Part shown: positions 55,611 to 64,000 of the stretch, in pieces
Position numbering within the stretch: position 1 is the first letter of the stretch
Layout: each line of letters begins with the position of its first letter
NCBI GenBank assembly: GCA_041658325.1
Contig: JBBAAI010000001.1
Span: 279,266-343,265 of the forward strand
DNA length: 64,000 nucleotides
Direction of reading: 5' to 3'
DNA from: Minisyncoccota bacterium
GTDB taxonomy: Bacteria; Patescibacteriota; Minisyncoccia; Phycocordibacterales; UBA9973
The notes under the pieces: model-generated
What the model saw: the letters and a program-made list of their open reading frames with translations, nothing else
What the model was told of the DNA's origin: nothing
Databases searched by the model: none
Made by a program: the position numbers and the translations under genes

Positions 55611-56138
55611 ATGAAATTAGTAGTTGGTTTAGGTAATCCGGGAAAAGAATATGAAAACACAAGGCACAATACTGGGCGTATTTTGGTTGGCATGATTGAG
55701 AAAAAACTGGAAGAAAAAAAGATCAAGTTTATAACCCCTGATAATTTTATGAATAATTCCGGTAAAGCAGTTGCCCCCCTAGTGAAAAGTAAAAAAGATT
55801 TGAAAGATCTTGTCGTAATTTATGATGATATAGATTTACCGCTCGGAAAAATAAAAATTTCTTTTAATCGATCTTCTGGTGGTCACAACGGATTGGGTTC
55901 TATTATTAAATCATTAAAGTCTGAAGAATTTTTACGTATTAGAGTAGGCATTTCTCCTGCTACTCCGAAAGGTGTAGTGAAAAAACCAAAAGGGGAGAAA
56001 GCTGTATTAAATTTTTTACTTGGCGAATTCAAAAAACCAGAATTAGAAACTCTCAAAAAACTTTCCAAAAAAGTTGCCGAAGCAGTAGAAACCATCTTTG
56101 AGGAAAGCAGAGAAAAAGCAATGAGTTTGTATAATTAA
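55611..56138 (+). CDS. pth: Peptidyl-tRNA hydrolase
   Basis: MKLVVGLGNPGKEYENTRHNTG contains the catalytic His. The HNGL motif is present. Confidence 0.9.
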   Translation: MKLVVGLGNPGKEYENTRHNTGRILVGMIEKKLEEKKIKFITPDNFMNNSGKAVAPLVKSKKDLKDLVVIYDDIDLPLGKIKISFNRSSGGHNGLGSIIKSLKSEEFLRIRVGISPATPKGVVKKPKGEKAVLNFLLGEFKKPELETLKKLSKKVAEAVETIFEESREKAMSLYN

Positions 56139-59100
56139 ATTTCTTTTACTGCTTCAATAATGATACTTTTTTCGCCGTTTCTGTTGGAAACTTTGCCGGA
56201 CAGGGCGATGCATTTTTCGGGAACGAGAATATCAATTGATTCTTTAAAGAGGGAAGGGAAAGCGACGGCCTCGATAGAGTCAGTCAAGTCTGCAATTTTC
56301 AAAAAAGCCATGCGCTCGTTGTTTTTTGTCACTACTTGCCTGGAAGATTCTATAATGCCGGCGATGGTGATTTGCATACCATTACCGAATTCTTCTTTTA
56401 TTTTTTTAATATTTACAGTCCTTTTTTCTAATTTGTCGCGTAGCCTATCAAGCGGATGTCCGGAAATATAAAGTCCCAACAATTCTTTTTCCCAAAGTAA
56501 TTTTTCGGCTTGATTGGCTTCTTTACCAGGTTGCATTTTGAATTCCAGAGCTTTTATCTCGGTTGTTCCACCAAAAAGAGAAACTTGATTTTGGCTTTGT
56601 TTAAAATTCTCTTTATTGTATTCCAGCATTGCTTCAAGATTCGCTAGAAGTATACCTCGGTCATTCCATTCATCCATACATCCGGACTTTATTAATGCAT
56701 CCATCGATTTCTTATTTAAATTTTTATGTTTGATTCTATCCAAAAAGTCCGTGATGGATTTGAATTTTCCGTTTAATTTTCTTTCTGCAATAATCGCATC
56801 AGAAATATCTGTGCCTAAATTTTTAATGGTATAAAAGCCGAAGCGAATTTTTTCACTTTTATTCTCTGTACTTATCACCGTGTCTTTTTCATGAGGTAAA
56901 CAAGTGAATCCCCCAAAGCTTTCATTTATATTCGGGGGCATTACGGGAATTTTCATGTTTTTACATTCTTCAATGATTTCAGAAATTTTTTCTACATCAC
57001 CGGATTCGGCGGTAAGAATTGCCGTCATGTATTCCACTGGATAATGCGCTTTCATATAAGCTGTTTGATAGGCGACTCTACCGTATGAAGCAGCATGAGC
57101 TTTGTTGAAACCATATGCCTGGAACGGCTCGAAAAGTTTCCAAAGTTTCTCAGCAAATTCTGGTGTTTGGCCGTTTTTTATTATCCCTTCTGTAAATTTT
57201 TCTCTCTGGGCTGCCATTTCTTTTGGAATTTTCTTACCGACAGCTTTACGAAATTTGTCCGCTTCTTCCCAGTTATAACCGGCGAGTTCTATCGCAGAGA
57301 AAAGCAAATCATCTTGATAAACAATAAGTCCGTATGATTCACCTAAGAATTTTTTCATTCGTGGATCTAAATATTTTACGAGTTTTGAATTGTGTTTACG
57401 TTTTATATACTCTGGGATTGATTCCATTGGACCTGGACGATAAAGCGCAACCATCGCGTTTATGTCATGGATAGATGTAGGTTTTAGTTCTTTTAAATAC
57501 CTTGTCATGCCCGAGCCGTTTAATTGAAACAATCCTTCTGTTTGGCCATTTGCCAAAAGAGCAAAAGTTTTTTTATCATCAAGTGGAATATGATTTATTT
57601 CTATTTTTATATCATAGAATTTTTTTACTAAACTTATTGCGTCTGCTAAGATTGCTAGATTTCTAATACCCAAGAAATCAAATTTTAAAAGTCCCGCATC
57701 TTCAGCGCTATACATATCATATTGGGTAATTATTTTTCCACCCTTGGGGTCAAGTTGCGTTGGCATATATTCATAGATGGGTTTCGGAGCGATAACCACT
57801 CCAGCCGCGTGCACAGAAATATGGCGGACACAACCCTCTAATTTTTTTGCGAGATCTATTATTTCTTTTGTGTCTTTTTCATTTTTGTATGCGTCTCTTA
57901 ACTCAGGGACTATTTCCATGGCGTGGTCTATGGTCATTGGCATTCCCTGAGAACCCATCGGTATCATTTTTGAAATTCTGTCACCAATGGCATATGGATG
58001 AGCTAGGGCTCTAGCTACATCACGTACTGCTCCTCGTGCCATCATCGTACCGAAAGTTCCTATTTGCGCCACTTTGTCTTCACCATATTTCCTTTTTGCG
58101 TATTCGATCATTTCATCTCGGCGGTTGTCAGCAAAGTCCATATCAATATCGGGAGCTGATGGTCTAAAAGGATTTAAAAATCTTTCGAATGGGAGTTTAT
58201 ATTCAATTGGGTTAACATTTGTAATGCCGAGTAGATAAGTGACGATTGATCCGGCGACAGAGCCTCTAATGGTGGTCAAAATACCATTTGCGGTAGCGTA
58301 ATCTAACAAGTCATCTACAACTAAAAAGTATGGAGAATACCCCTTATCAAAAATAATTTTAAGTTCATATTCAATACGTTCTTTTATTTCCGGAGTTTCT
58401 TTAATTTCTAAATTTTTTAAACCCGCGTAGGTAAGTTCGCGCAATTTTTCGTCATAAGTTTTTCCTTCTTCTATTATAAAATTAGGGAAAACCCAACGGC
58501 CCAACTCTAATTCTAAGTTGCATAAATCAGCTACCATCGCTGTATTAGTTACGGCCTCTGGTGTGTCTTTGAAAAGTTCTTGTGCTTGTTTAGTATCTAT
58601 AAAAGAATAATCATCATCACCAAAGGAAAATTTATTTTCATCTTTTGTGTCAGAGTTCGTTTGTATTGCGAGCAATGTTTCGTGCGCCTTATTGTCACCG
58701 CTACAAGGATAATGGGAATCAACTGTCGCTACAAGTGGAATATTAAATTTATTACCAAGCTTGATTATGCTTTCCCGAACTTCTCTATCTCCGGGAACTG
58801 TCGGATGTTTCATTATTTCTAGAAAATAATTTTCCTTACCAAAAATATCTTGATACTCTTTTATTATTGTTTCACCTTTTTCTTCGTTTTTATTTGCTAA
58901 AGCGCGAGAAAGTTCTCCACCGAGACATCCGGAAAGAGCGATAATGCCTTCTGAATACTCACGTAGAATTTCTTTATCCATTCTGGGTTTGTAATAAAAT
59001 CCTTCAAGGTTAGAAATTGTCACTAGGCGCATCAAGTTTTTATAACCCTGCATATTTTTGGCGAGTAGGGTAAGGTGATATCTTTTATTATCTACGCCCG

Positions 59101-59350
59101 GATCTTTGTCTTTTCTTCCGCGGCTTGAGATGTAAGCTTCTACTCCGATAATTGGTTTTATTCCAGCTTTTTTAGCTAGTTTATAAAATTCAATGGCTCC
59201 GTACATATTGCCGTGGTCTGTTATGGCTATCGCTGGCATATCGCGTTCTTTTGCCAGATCGACTAAATCTTCAAGCTTAGAAAGCCCATCCAATAGTGAA
59301 TAGTGCGAGTGGGTATGGAGGTGTATAAATTGTGGGCTATCTTTTTCCAT
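56135..59350 (-). CDS. dnaE: DNA polymerase III alpha subunit
   Basis: The N-terminal PHP domain is FIHLHTHSHYSLLDG. Polymerase palm, fingers and OB regions are present. The protein is 1071 aa. Confidence 0.9.
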   Translation of the reverse strand: MEKDSPQFIHLHTHSHYSLLDGLSKLEDLVDLAKERDMPAIAITDHGNMYGAIEFYKLAKKAGIKPIIGVEAYISSRGRKDKDPGVDNKRYHLTLLAKNMQGYKNLMRLVTISNLEGFYYKPRMDKEILREYSEGIIALSGCLGGELSRALANKNEEKGETIIKEYQDIFGKENYFLEIMKHPTVPGDREVRESIIKLGNKFNIPLVATVDSHYPCSGDNKAHETLLAIQTNSDTKDENKFSFGDDDYSFIDTKQAQELFKDTPEAVTNTAMVADLCNLELELGRWVFPNFIIEEGKTYDEKLRELTYAGLKNLEIKETPEIKERIEYELKIIFDKGYSPYFLVVDDLLDYATANGILTTIRGSVAGSIVTYLLGITNVNPIEYKLPFERFLNPFRPSAPDIDMDFADNRRDEMIEYAKRKYGEDKVAQIGTFGTMMARGAVRDVARALAHPYAIGDRISKMIPMGSQGMPMTIDHAMEIVPELRDAYKNEKDTKEIIDLAKKLEGCVRHISVHAAGVVIAPKPIYEYMPTQLDPKGGKIITQYDMYSAEDAGLLKFDFLGIRNLAILADAISLVKKFYDIKIEINHIPLDDKKTFALLANGQTEGLFQLNGSGMTRYLKELKPTSIHDINAMVALYRPGPMESIPEYIKRKHNSKLVKYLDPRMKKFLGESYGLIVYQDDLLFSAIELAGYNWEEADKFRKAVGKKIPKEMAAQREKFTEGIIKNGQTPEFAEKLWKLFEPFQAYGFNKAHAASYGRVAYQTAYMKAHYPVEYMTAILTAESGDVEKISEIIEECKNMKIPVMPPNINESFGGFTCLPHEKDTVISTENKSEKIRFGFYTIKNLGTDISDAIIAERKLNGKFKSITDFLDRIKHKNLNKKSMDALIKSGCMDEWNDRGILLANLEAMLEYNKENFKQSQNQVSLFGGTTEIKALEFKMQPGKEANQAEKLLWEKELLGLYISGHPLDRLRDKLEKRTVNIKKIKEEFGNGMQITIAGIIESSRQVVTKNNERMAFLKIADLTDSIEAVAFPSLFKESIDILVPEKCIALSGKVSNRNGEKSIIIEAVKEI

Positions 59351-59364
59351 GATAGAATAATAAC

Positions 59365-60390
59365 ATGAAAAAAATAAGAGTGGGCATTAATGGTTTTGGG
59401 AGAATTGGCAGGGCTTTTTTGAAGATTGCCCTAGAGAGACCAGAAATTGAAATAGTGGCATTAAACGATCTGGGTGACATTGCTAATATGGCCTATTTAC
59501 TTAAACATGACACGGTTTATCGAGAATGGAATCACAATATTTCTGTGGACGGAGACTCTTTAGTAATTGATGGAAAAAAAGTAAAAGTCTTAGCGCAAAA
59601 AGATCCAAGTGCTCTTCCTTGGAAAGATTTAGAGATAGACGTAGTGGTGGAGTCAACTGGACTTTTTATTTCTTATGATAAAGCAAATGCACACATTAAA
59701 GCAGGAGCAAAAAAGGTGGTAATTTCTGCGCCGGAGAAAGGTGGAGATGGCACAGTACAGGGGGAGACAATTCTGCTTGGGGTGAATGAAGAAAAATTTG
59801 GTGTCTGTGATATTACTTCAAATGCGTCTTGCACGACGAATGCCGCTAGCCCCTTAATCGCGATTTTAGATGAGGCGCTTGGTATAGAGAAAGCAATTTT
59901 AAATACCGTGCATGGATATACCGCTTCCCAGGGAATTGTCGATGGACCAAATAAAAAAGATTTTCGTGAAGGTCGCGCCGCAGCGCAAAACATCGTGCCT
60001 AGTTCTACCGGGGCGGCTATTGCCGTGACCAAAGCTTTTACAAAACTAGAAGGACTTTTTGACGGAGTGGCGATGAGGGTGCCAGTGCCAGCTGGATCTA
60101 TCGTAGACGTTACTTTTATTTCCAAAAAGAATACATCTAAAGAAGAAGTAAATGAAATTTTAGAAAAAGCATCTAAAGATGAAAGATGGAAAAATATTTT
60201 TGCTGTTACCGAAGAAGAACTTGTTTCAAGTGATATTCTTGGGAGCAAATACGGCTCTATCGCGGATCTAAAAATGACTCGTGTGGTCGGAGGTAATCTC
60301 GTAAAAGTTATGGGCTGGTACGACAACGAAATGGGATATGCCTACACTCTAGTTGACCACGTTATCAAAACAGGGGAGACTATAAAATAA
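59365..60390 (+). CDS. gap: Glyceraldehyde-3-phosphate dehydrogenase, type I
   Basis: The NAD-binding N-terminus is RVGINGFGRIGR. The catalytic Cys is in SNASCTTN. Confidence 0.9.
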   Translation: MKKIRVGINGFGRIGRAFLKIALERPEIEIVALNDLGDIANMAYLLKHDTVYREWNHNISVDGDSLVIDGKKVKVLAQKDPSALPWKDLEIDVVVESTGLFISYDKANAHIKAGAKKVVISAPEKGGDGTVQGETILLGVNEEKFGVCDITSNASCTTNAASPLIAILDEALGIEKAILNTVHGYTASQGIVDGPNKKDFREGRAAAQNIVPSSTGAAIAVTKAFTKLEGLFDGVAMRVPVPAGSIVDVTFISKKNTSKEEVNEILEKASKDERWKNIFAVTEEELVSSDILGSKYGSIADLKMTRVVGGNLVKVMGWYDNEMGYAYTLVDHVIKTGETIK

Positions 60391-60401
60391 AAAAGAATAA
60401 A

Positions 60402-61406
60402 TTAAACATAAAAGGCAGATAACTTTTCAGTGACCGTATTGTCTAAAAGTTCATTTTCTATCATCCAAGTGTCTGAGAAAGCGTGAGTTAAATAACTTTC
60501 CCCACTGTCTCCTATCATTAAAACCATCGTTTTAACGCTAGAATCTTTCGGGCTGTTTTGAATAAATTTCATAGCATAGTAAAGCGCCATACCGCTTGAG
60601 TCTCCAACCAGTAATCCTTTCTTGTGGGCAAAAAATCGCATAGTATTAAAAGCTTCAGCGTCAGACACATAATCGTGTAGATCAAAAATTGAGGAGTCAA
60701 TATTTTTAGGTAAGATAGCTCCGGCAGGGTATCCGGGACCAGAAATAAAATATCCATGGCCGTGAGGAGAGAAATGACTAGAGCCCTCTGGTTCCAAGGC
60801 AATTATTTTTACTTTACTATTTTCTTTAAGATATTTACCTGACCCAGAGAGAGAGCTGCCTGTGCCAATGGTTCCCACTAGATAATCAATATCGGGTGTC
60901 TGTTCAAAAATTTCTTTACCTAAAGTTTTATAAAAACCGAGGGGATTTTCAGGATTATCATATTGATCTAGATTAATGCCATTAGTTTCTTCTGCTAATT
61001 TTTTTGCCATATTTCGACGAACATCTACTAAATGGCCACCTGGGTCGCCTTCTTTTTCAGCGCAAAAATGAAGTTTAGCTCCATAAGCCAAAATAGAATT
61101 AAGTTTGTCTGCTGGGGCGTGGTTATCAACAACTGCCACAAATTTATATCCTCTTTCTGCAGAAAGCATCGCTAAGGCTTTAGCGGTATTGCCCGAAGAA
61201 GATTCATAGATTGTCATTCCACTTTTTAATTTTCCAGATTTCTCCGCTGCCTCTATCAGTGCTCTCGCGGTACGGTCCTTAAAACTTCCGCCAGGGTTAA
61301 AATATTCTAACTTTAAATATATTTTCCAATCGGTCCTTATGGTTTTTACCTCCAGCATTGGAGTGTTTCCAATCAGGTCGCGCAGATTGTCTTTTACATT
61401 ATGCAT
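60402..61406 (-). CDS. PLP-dependent cysteine synthase/cystathionine beta-synthase family enzyme
   Basis: The PLP-lysine motif is GGSFKDRTA. The fold-type II pattern is SSGNTAKALAM. Substrate specificity was not assigned. Confidence 0.7.
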   Translation of the reverse strand: MHNVKDNLRDLIGNTPMLEVKTIRTDWKIYLKLEYFNPGGSFKDRTARALIEAAEKSGKLKSGMTIYESSSGNTAKALAMLSAERGYKFVAVVDNHAPADKLNSILAYGAKLHFCAEKEGDPGGHLVDVRRNMAKKLAEETNGINLDQYDNPENPLGFYKTLGKEIFEQTPDIDYLVGTIGTGSSLSGSGKYLKENSKVKIIALEPEGSSHFSPHGHGYFISGPGYPAGAILPKNIDSSIFDLHDYVSDAEAFNTMRFFAHKKGLLVGDSSGMALYYAMKFIQNSPKDSSVKTMVLMIGDSGESYLTHAFSDTWMIENELLDNTVTEKLSAFYV

Positions 61407-61493
61407 TGTTGGATTATATCATGATATTTGTAAAATTTGAGCATGTTGTGGATTATATACTACAGATAAAAAAAGTGATATAATTTTATTATT

Positions 61494-61970
61494 ATGAAAA
61501 TATATATTGGCACAGATCATGCGGGGTACGTATTAAAAGAAAAACTTGTTTCTTTTTTGAAAGTTCAAGGATATGAAGTTATAGATGAGGGCGCTTATAC
61601 TTATGATGAAAATGATGATTACCCAGATTTTGTTGTTCCTGTGGCGCGTGCTATTTCAAAAGATCCAGATGGAACAAAGGGCATTATCCTCGGTGGTACA
61701 GGACAAGGGGAAGCTATGGTGGCAAATAGATTTCCTCACGTTCGAGCTATTGTTTATTATGGTAAAGTTACGCCTGTTGTAGAAGATGAATCAGGTATTT
61801 TAGCTAGATCAAGAGCACACAATAATTCAAATATTCTTTCTTTGGGCGCCAGATATTTTACCGAGGAAGATATGATGGAAATAGTTAATTATTGGCTTCA
61901 TGCTCCATATAGTGGGGAAGAAAGACACGTTCGTCGTTTGAAAAAAATTGATGATCTCAAAATAAATTAA
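61494..61970 (+). CDS. rpiB: Ribose-5-phosphate isomerase B
   Basis: The N-terminus is MKIYIGTDHAGYVLKEKL. The RpiB/LacAB core includes GILIGGTGQG. Confidence 0.85.
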   Translation: MKIYIGTDHAGYVLKEKLVSFLKVQGYEVIDEGAYTYDENDDYPDFVVPVARAISKDPDGTKGIILGGTGQGEAMVANRFPHVRAIVYYGKVTPVVEDESGILARSRAHNNSNILSLGARYFTEEDMMEIVNYWLHAPYSGEERHVRRLKKIDDLKIN

Positions 61971-61971
61971 T

Positions 61972-62694
61972 ATGGCTGAAATAATTCCTACGATATTGGA
62001 AAAAAATTTTAATGAAATAAAAAATAAACTTACTTTTTTACGTGGGCGAGCGAAATGCGTGCAAATAGATTTTTGTGATGGACTTTACGTCCAAAATCAG
62101 ACTTGGCCTTTTGCTACTGGTGGATTTAATGATTATGATTTTCAGAAAATTTTAAACGAAGAAGAGGGAATGCCTTTTTGGGAGGAATTCGATTTTGAAT
62201 TTGATTTAATGGTGGAACATGCGATAGAGAATTTTGATATTTATATGAAGCTGGGACCAAAGAGAATGATTTTTCATCTTAAGGGGGAAAAGAATGTTAA
62301 AGATTTCGAACATTTTTTAGAAGGCTTGGATATGTATGTACGCGATAATGTAGAAATCGGTATCGCCATTTATCCGGAAGATGATTTGTCGGTCGCATTG
62401 CATTTTGCTAATTCTGTCGCATCACGTTTTGCCAACAAAGTTGATTTTATACAGTGTATGGGAATAGATAAAGTTGGTTTTCAAGGGCAAAAATTAAATG
62501 AGAAAGTAATAAAAAATATTGCATTATTAAAAAATAAATTACCCGGAATAGTATTGTCTGTAGATGGTGGTGTAAATTTAGAAAATATTGAAATGTTATT
62601 GAAGGCAGGAGTAGATAGAATTACAGTTGGTTCCGGTATTTGGAAAAGCCCGGATCCGATCGGCGCATTGGAAACCCTTCAAAGTTTGGTATAA
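61972..62694 (+). CDS. Ribulose-phosphate 3-epimerase-like TIM-barrel protein (divergent; metal-binding His residues not conserved)
   Basis: IIPTIL...VQIDFCDGLYVQN...FDLMVE...SVDGGVN...VGSGIW aligns to the RPE blocks IAPSIL, HVDVMDGHFVPN, FDVHLM, EVDGGIN and AGSAIF. The positions of His34, His67 and the GHF His carry Gln, Met and Leu. Confidence 0.5.
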   Translation: MAEIIPTILEKNFNEIKNKLTFLRGRAKCVQIDFCDGLYVQNQTWPFATGGFNDYDFQKILNEEEGMPFWEEFDFEFDLMVEHAIENFDIYMKLGPKRMIFHLKGEKNVKDFEHFLEGLDMYVRDNVEIGIAIYPEDDLSVALHFANSVASRFANKVDFIQCMGIDKVGFQGQKLNEKVIKNIALLKNKLPGIVLSVDGGVNLENIEMLLKAGVDRITVGSGIWKSPDPIGALETLQSLV

Positions 62695-62702
62695 TAAATT
62701 TA

Positions 62703-63545
62703 ATGTTTCTTTCTGAAGAAAAAATAAAAGAACTGGCGAAGAAAGCAAATGATATTCGAATATCTATTATTGAGATGCTCGTAGAAGCAAAGAGTGGGCA
62801 CACGGCAGGGCCTCTCGGTATGGCGGATATTTTTACACTTTTTTATTTTCATATTTTAAAACACGATCCGAAAAATCCATCTTGGGAAGAGCGCGACAGA
62901 TTTGTACTTTCTAATGGCCACATTGCGCCGGTACTTTATGCGACGATGGCGCATGCTGGATATTTTCCAGTTGAAGAATTAAAAACTTTACGAAAATTCG
63001 GTACGAGATTACAAGGTCATCCACACCGCGAATATATGCCGTGGTTAGAAAATTCCTCAGGGCCGTTAGGTTCTGGGCTTTCGCAAGCGGTAGGTATGGC
63101 TCTTGCGGACAAAATAGACAAAAAAGATAAAGATAGATTTATATATTGCTTTATGTCTGATGGGGAAATGGATGAAGGAAATACTTGGGAAGCAATAATG
63201 CTTGCGGGAAAACATAAATTAAGAAATTTAATTGCGGTGGTTGATAGAAACAATATTCAAATTGAAGGATATACCGAGGACGTGATGCCCCTTGAGCCAT
63301 TTCATGCGAAATGGAAATCTTTTAATTGGCACGTGATAGAAGTTTCCGGACATGACTTTAGAGCATTGAATGAAGTAGTGGAAGAAGCGCAAGAAATTTT
63401 TGAAAAACCGACAGTGATTATTGCGCATACGATACCAGGCAAAGGAGTAAAAGAATTTGAAAGAGATTATAAATGGCACGGAAAGCCACCGACTAAAGAA
63501 GAAGGAGAGATGGCTTTAAAAGAATTAAGAAATTTAAGATTTTAA
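62703..63545 (+). CDS. Transketolase, N-terminal subunit (split form)
   Basis: The TPP-binding region SGHTAGPLGMADI is present. The GDG-like motif appears as CFMSDGEMDEGNTWEA. The gene is directly followed by the C-terminal subunit gene. Confidence 0.85.
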   Translation: MFLSEEKIKELAKKANDIRISIIEMLVEAKSGHTAGPLGMADIFTLFYFHILKHDPKNPSWEERDRFVLSNGHIAPVLYATMAHAGYFPVEELKTLRKFGTRLQGHPHREYMPWLENSSGPLGSGLSQAVGMALADKIDKKDKDRFIYCFMSDGEMDEGNTWEAIMLAGKHKLRNLIAVVDRNNIQIEGYTEDVMPLEPFHAKWKSFNWHVIEVSGHDFRALNEVVEEAQEIFEKPTVIIAHTIPGKGVKEFERDYKWHGKPPTKEEGEMALKELRNLRF

Positions 63546-63557
63546 TATGTTGCTTAT

Positions 63558-64000
63558 ATGTTAAATGCAAAACTAAAATTAAATCCGAAAATTTTTAATG
63601 AAGACGTGGAGCAAGTGCCTATTCGCAAAGGTTTCGGGCAAGGATTGCTCACGGCAGGAGAAATAGATGAAAATGTTGTCGGACTTTGCGCCGACTTAAC
63701 AGAGAGTACGCAGATGCATTTATTCGCGGATAAATTTCCAAATAGATTTATACAAGTTGGAGTGGCTGAGCAAAATTTAGCGACGATTGCTTCGGGGATG
63801 TCGGCGATGGGGAAAATTCCATTTTGTTCTTCTTATGCGATGTTCTCTCCGGGCAGAAACTGGGAACAAATAAGAACAACAATAACTTATAATGATAGAA
63901 AAGTTGTTATTGTTGGATCACATGCAGGTATTTCTGTGGGTCCTGATGGGGGAACGCATCAAGCCCTGGAAGATATCGCCTTGATGAGGGTGATGCCTAA
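63558..64000 (+). CDS. Transketolase, C-terminal subunit (3' partial, runs off window)
   Basis: The pyrimidine-binding domain is FIQVGVAEQNLATIASGMS and GSHAGISVGPDGGTHQALEDIALMR. The ORF is open to the end of the window. Confidence 0.8.
   Translation, partial: MLNAKLKLNPKIFNEDVEQVPIRKGFGQGLLTAGEIDENVVGLCADLTESTQMHLFADKFPNRFIQVGVAEQNLATIASGMSAMGKIPFCSSYAMFSPGRNWEQIRTTITYNDRKVVIVGSHAGISVGPDGGTHQALEDIALMRVMP

Overview
This is a low-GC (~32%) bacterial chromosomal window of small, tightly packed genes with short intergenic regions. Several proteins carry lysine-rich low-complexity tails, and there are many small secreted or membrane proteins of unknown function. This is typical of a reduced Patescibacteria/CPR-type genome, but that assignment is an inference from composition and gene content, not a database result.

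Core content on the + strand begins with rpsP, a KH-domain protein and trmD. An unusual contiguous block follows: rpoB, rpoC, dnaG and rpoD. Further core genes are a DsbA-like oxidoreductase, tsf and rpsB (- strand), proS, mreB, mreC, tgt and a fold-III PLP decarboxylase. The second half holds mltG, mscL, gpmI, hpf, a minus-strand lepB-hisS-def-fmt operon, pth, dnaE, gap, a cysK-family gene, rpiB, an rpe-like gene and a split transketolase.

RNA genes are tRNA-Thr(TGT), tRNA-Ala(TGC), tRNA-Asn(GTT) and a minimal type-A RNase P RNA (rnpB, - strand).

Accessory content:
- An ~8 kb putative integrative element lies next to tRNA-Ala. It carries a large serine recombinase whose 3' end overlaps the tRNA 3' end, with a degenerate tRNA 5'-half copy nearby. 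Its cargo includes a LexA/CI-like S24 repressor, DUF3892, DUF3761, an OmpR-type wHTH protein and several small secreted or membrane proteins.
- A glycan-salvage module (43356-48159) encodes three GH130-like phosphorylase domains, a eukaryotic-type HAD phosphomannomutase, a PMI-type cupin and a cytidylyltransferase-fold enzyme. It sits directly upstream of gpmI.
- Two large secreted beta-propeller proteins end in PG_binding_1 domains. One contains near-identical ~120-bp tandem DNA repeats.
- One secreted gene (37333-38535) is a strong GC outlier (~50% GC).
- A perfect 17-bp inverted repeat in the hpf leader sequesters its start codon.
- A thiol-disulfide/GT2 cluster (11563-14737) combines two thioredoxin-fold proteins, a Cys-rich DUF378 protein and a processive GT2.
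- MscL carries a C-terminal zinc ribbon.

No CRISPR array, tmRNA, SRP RNA or rRNA was recognised.
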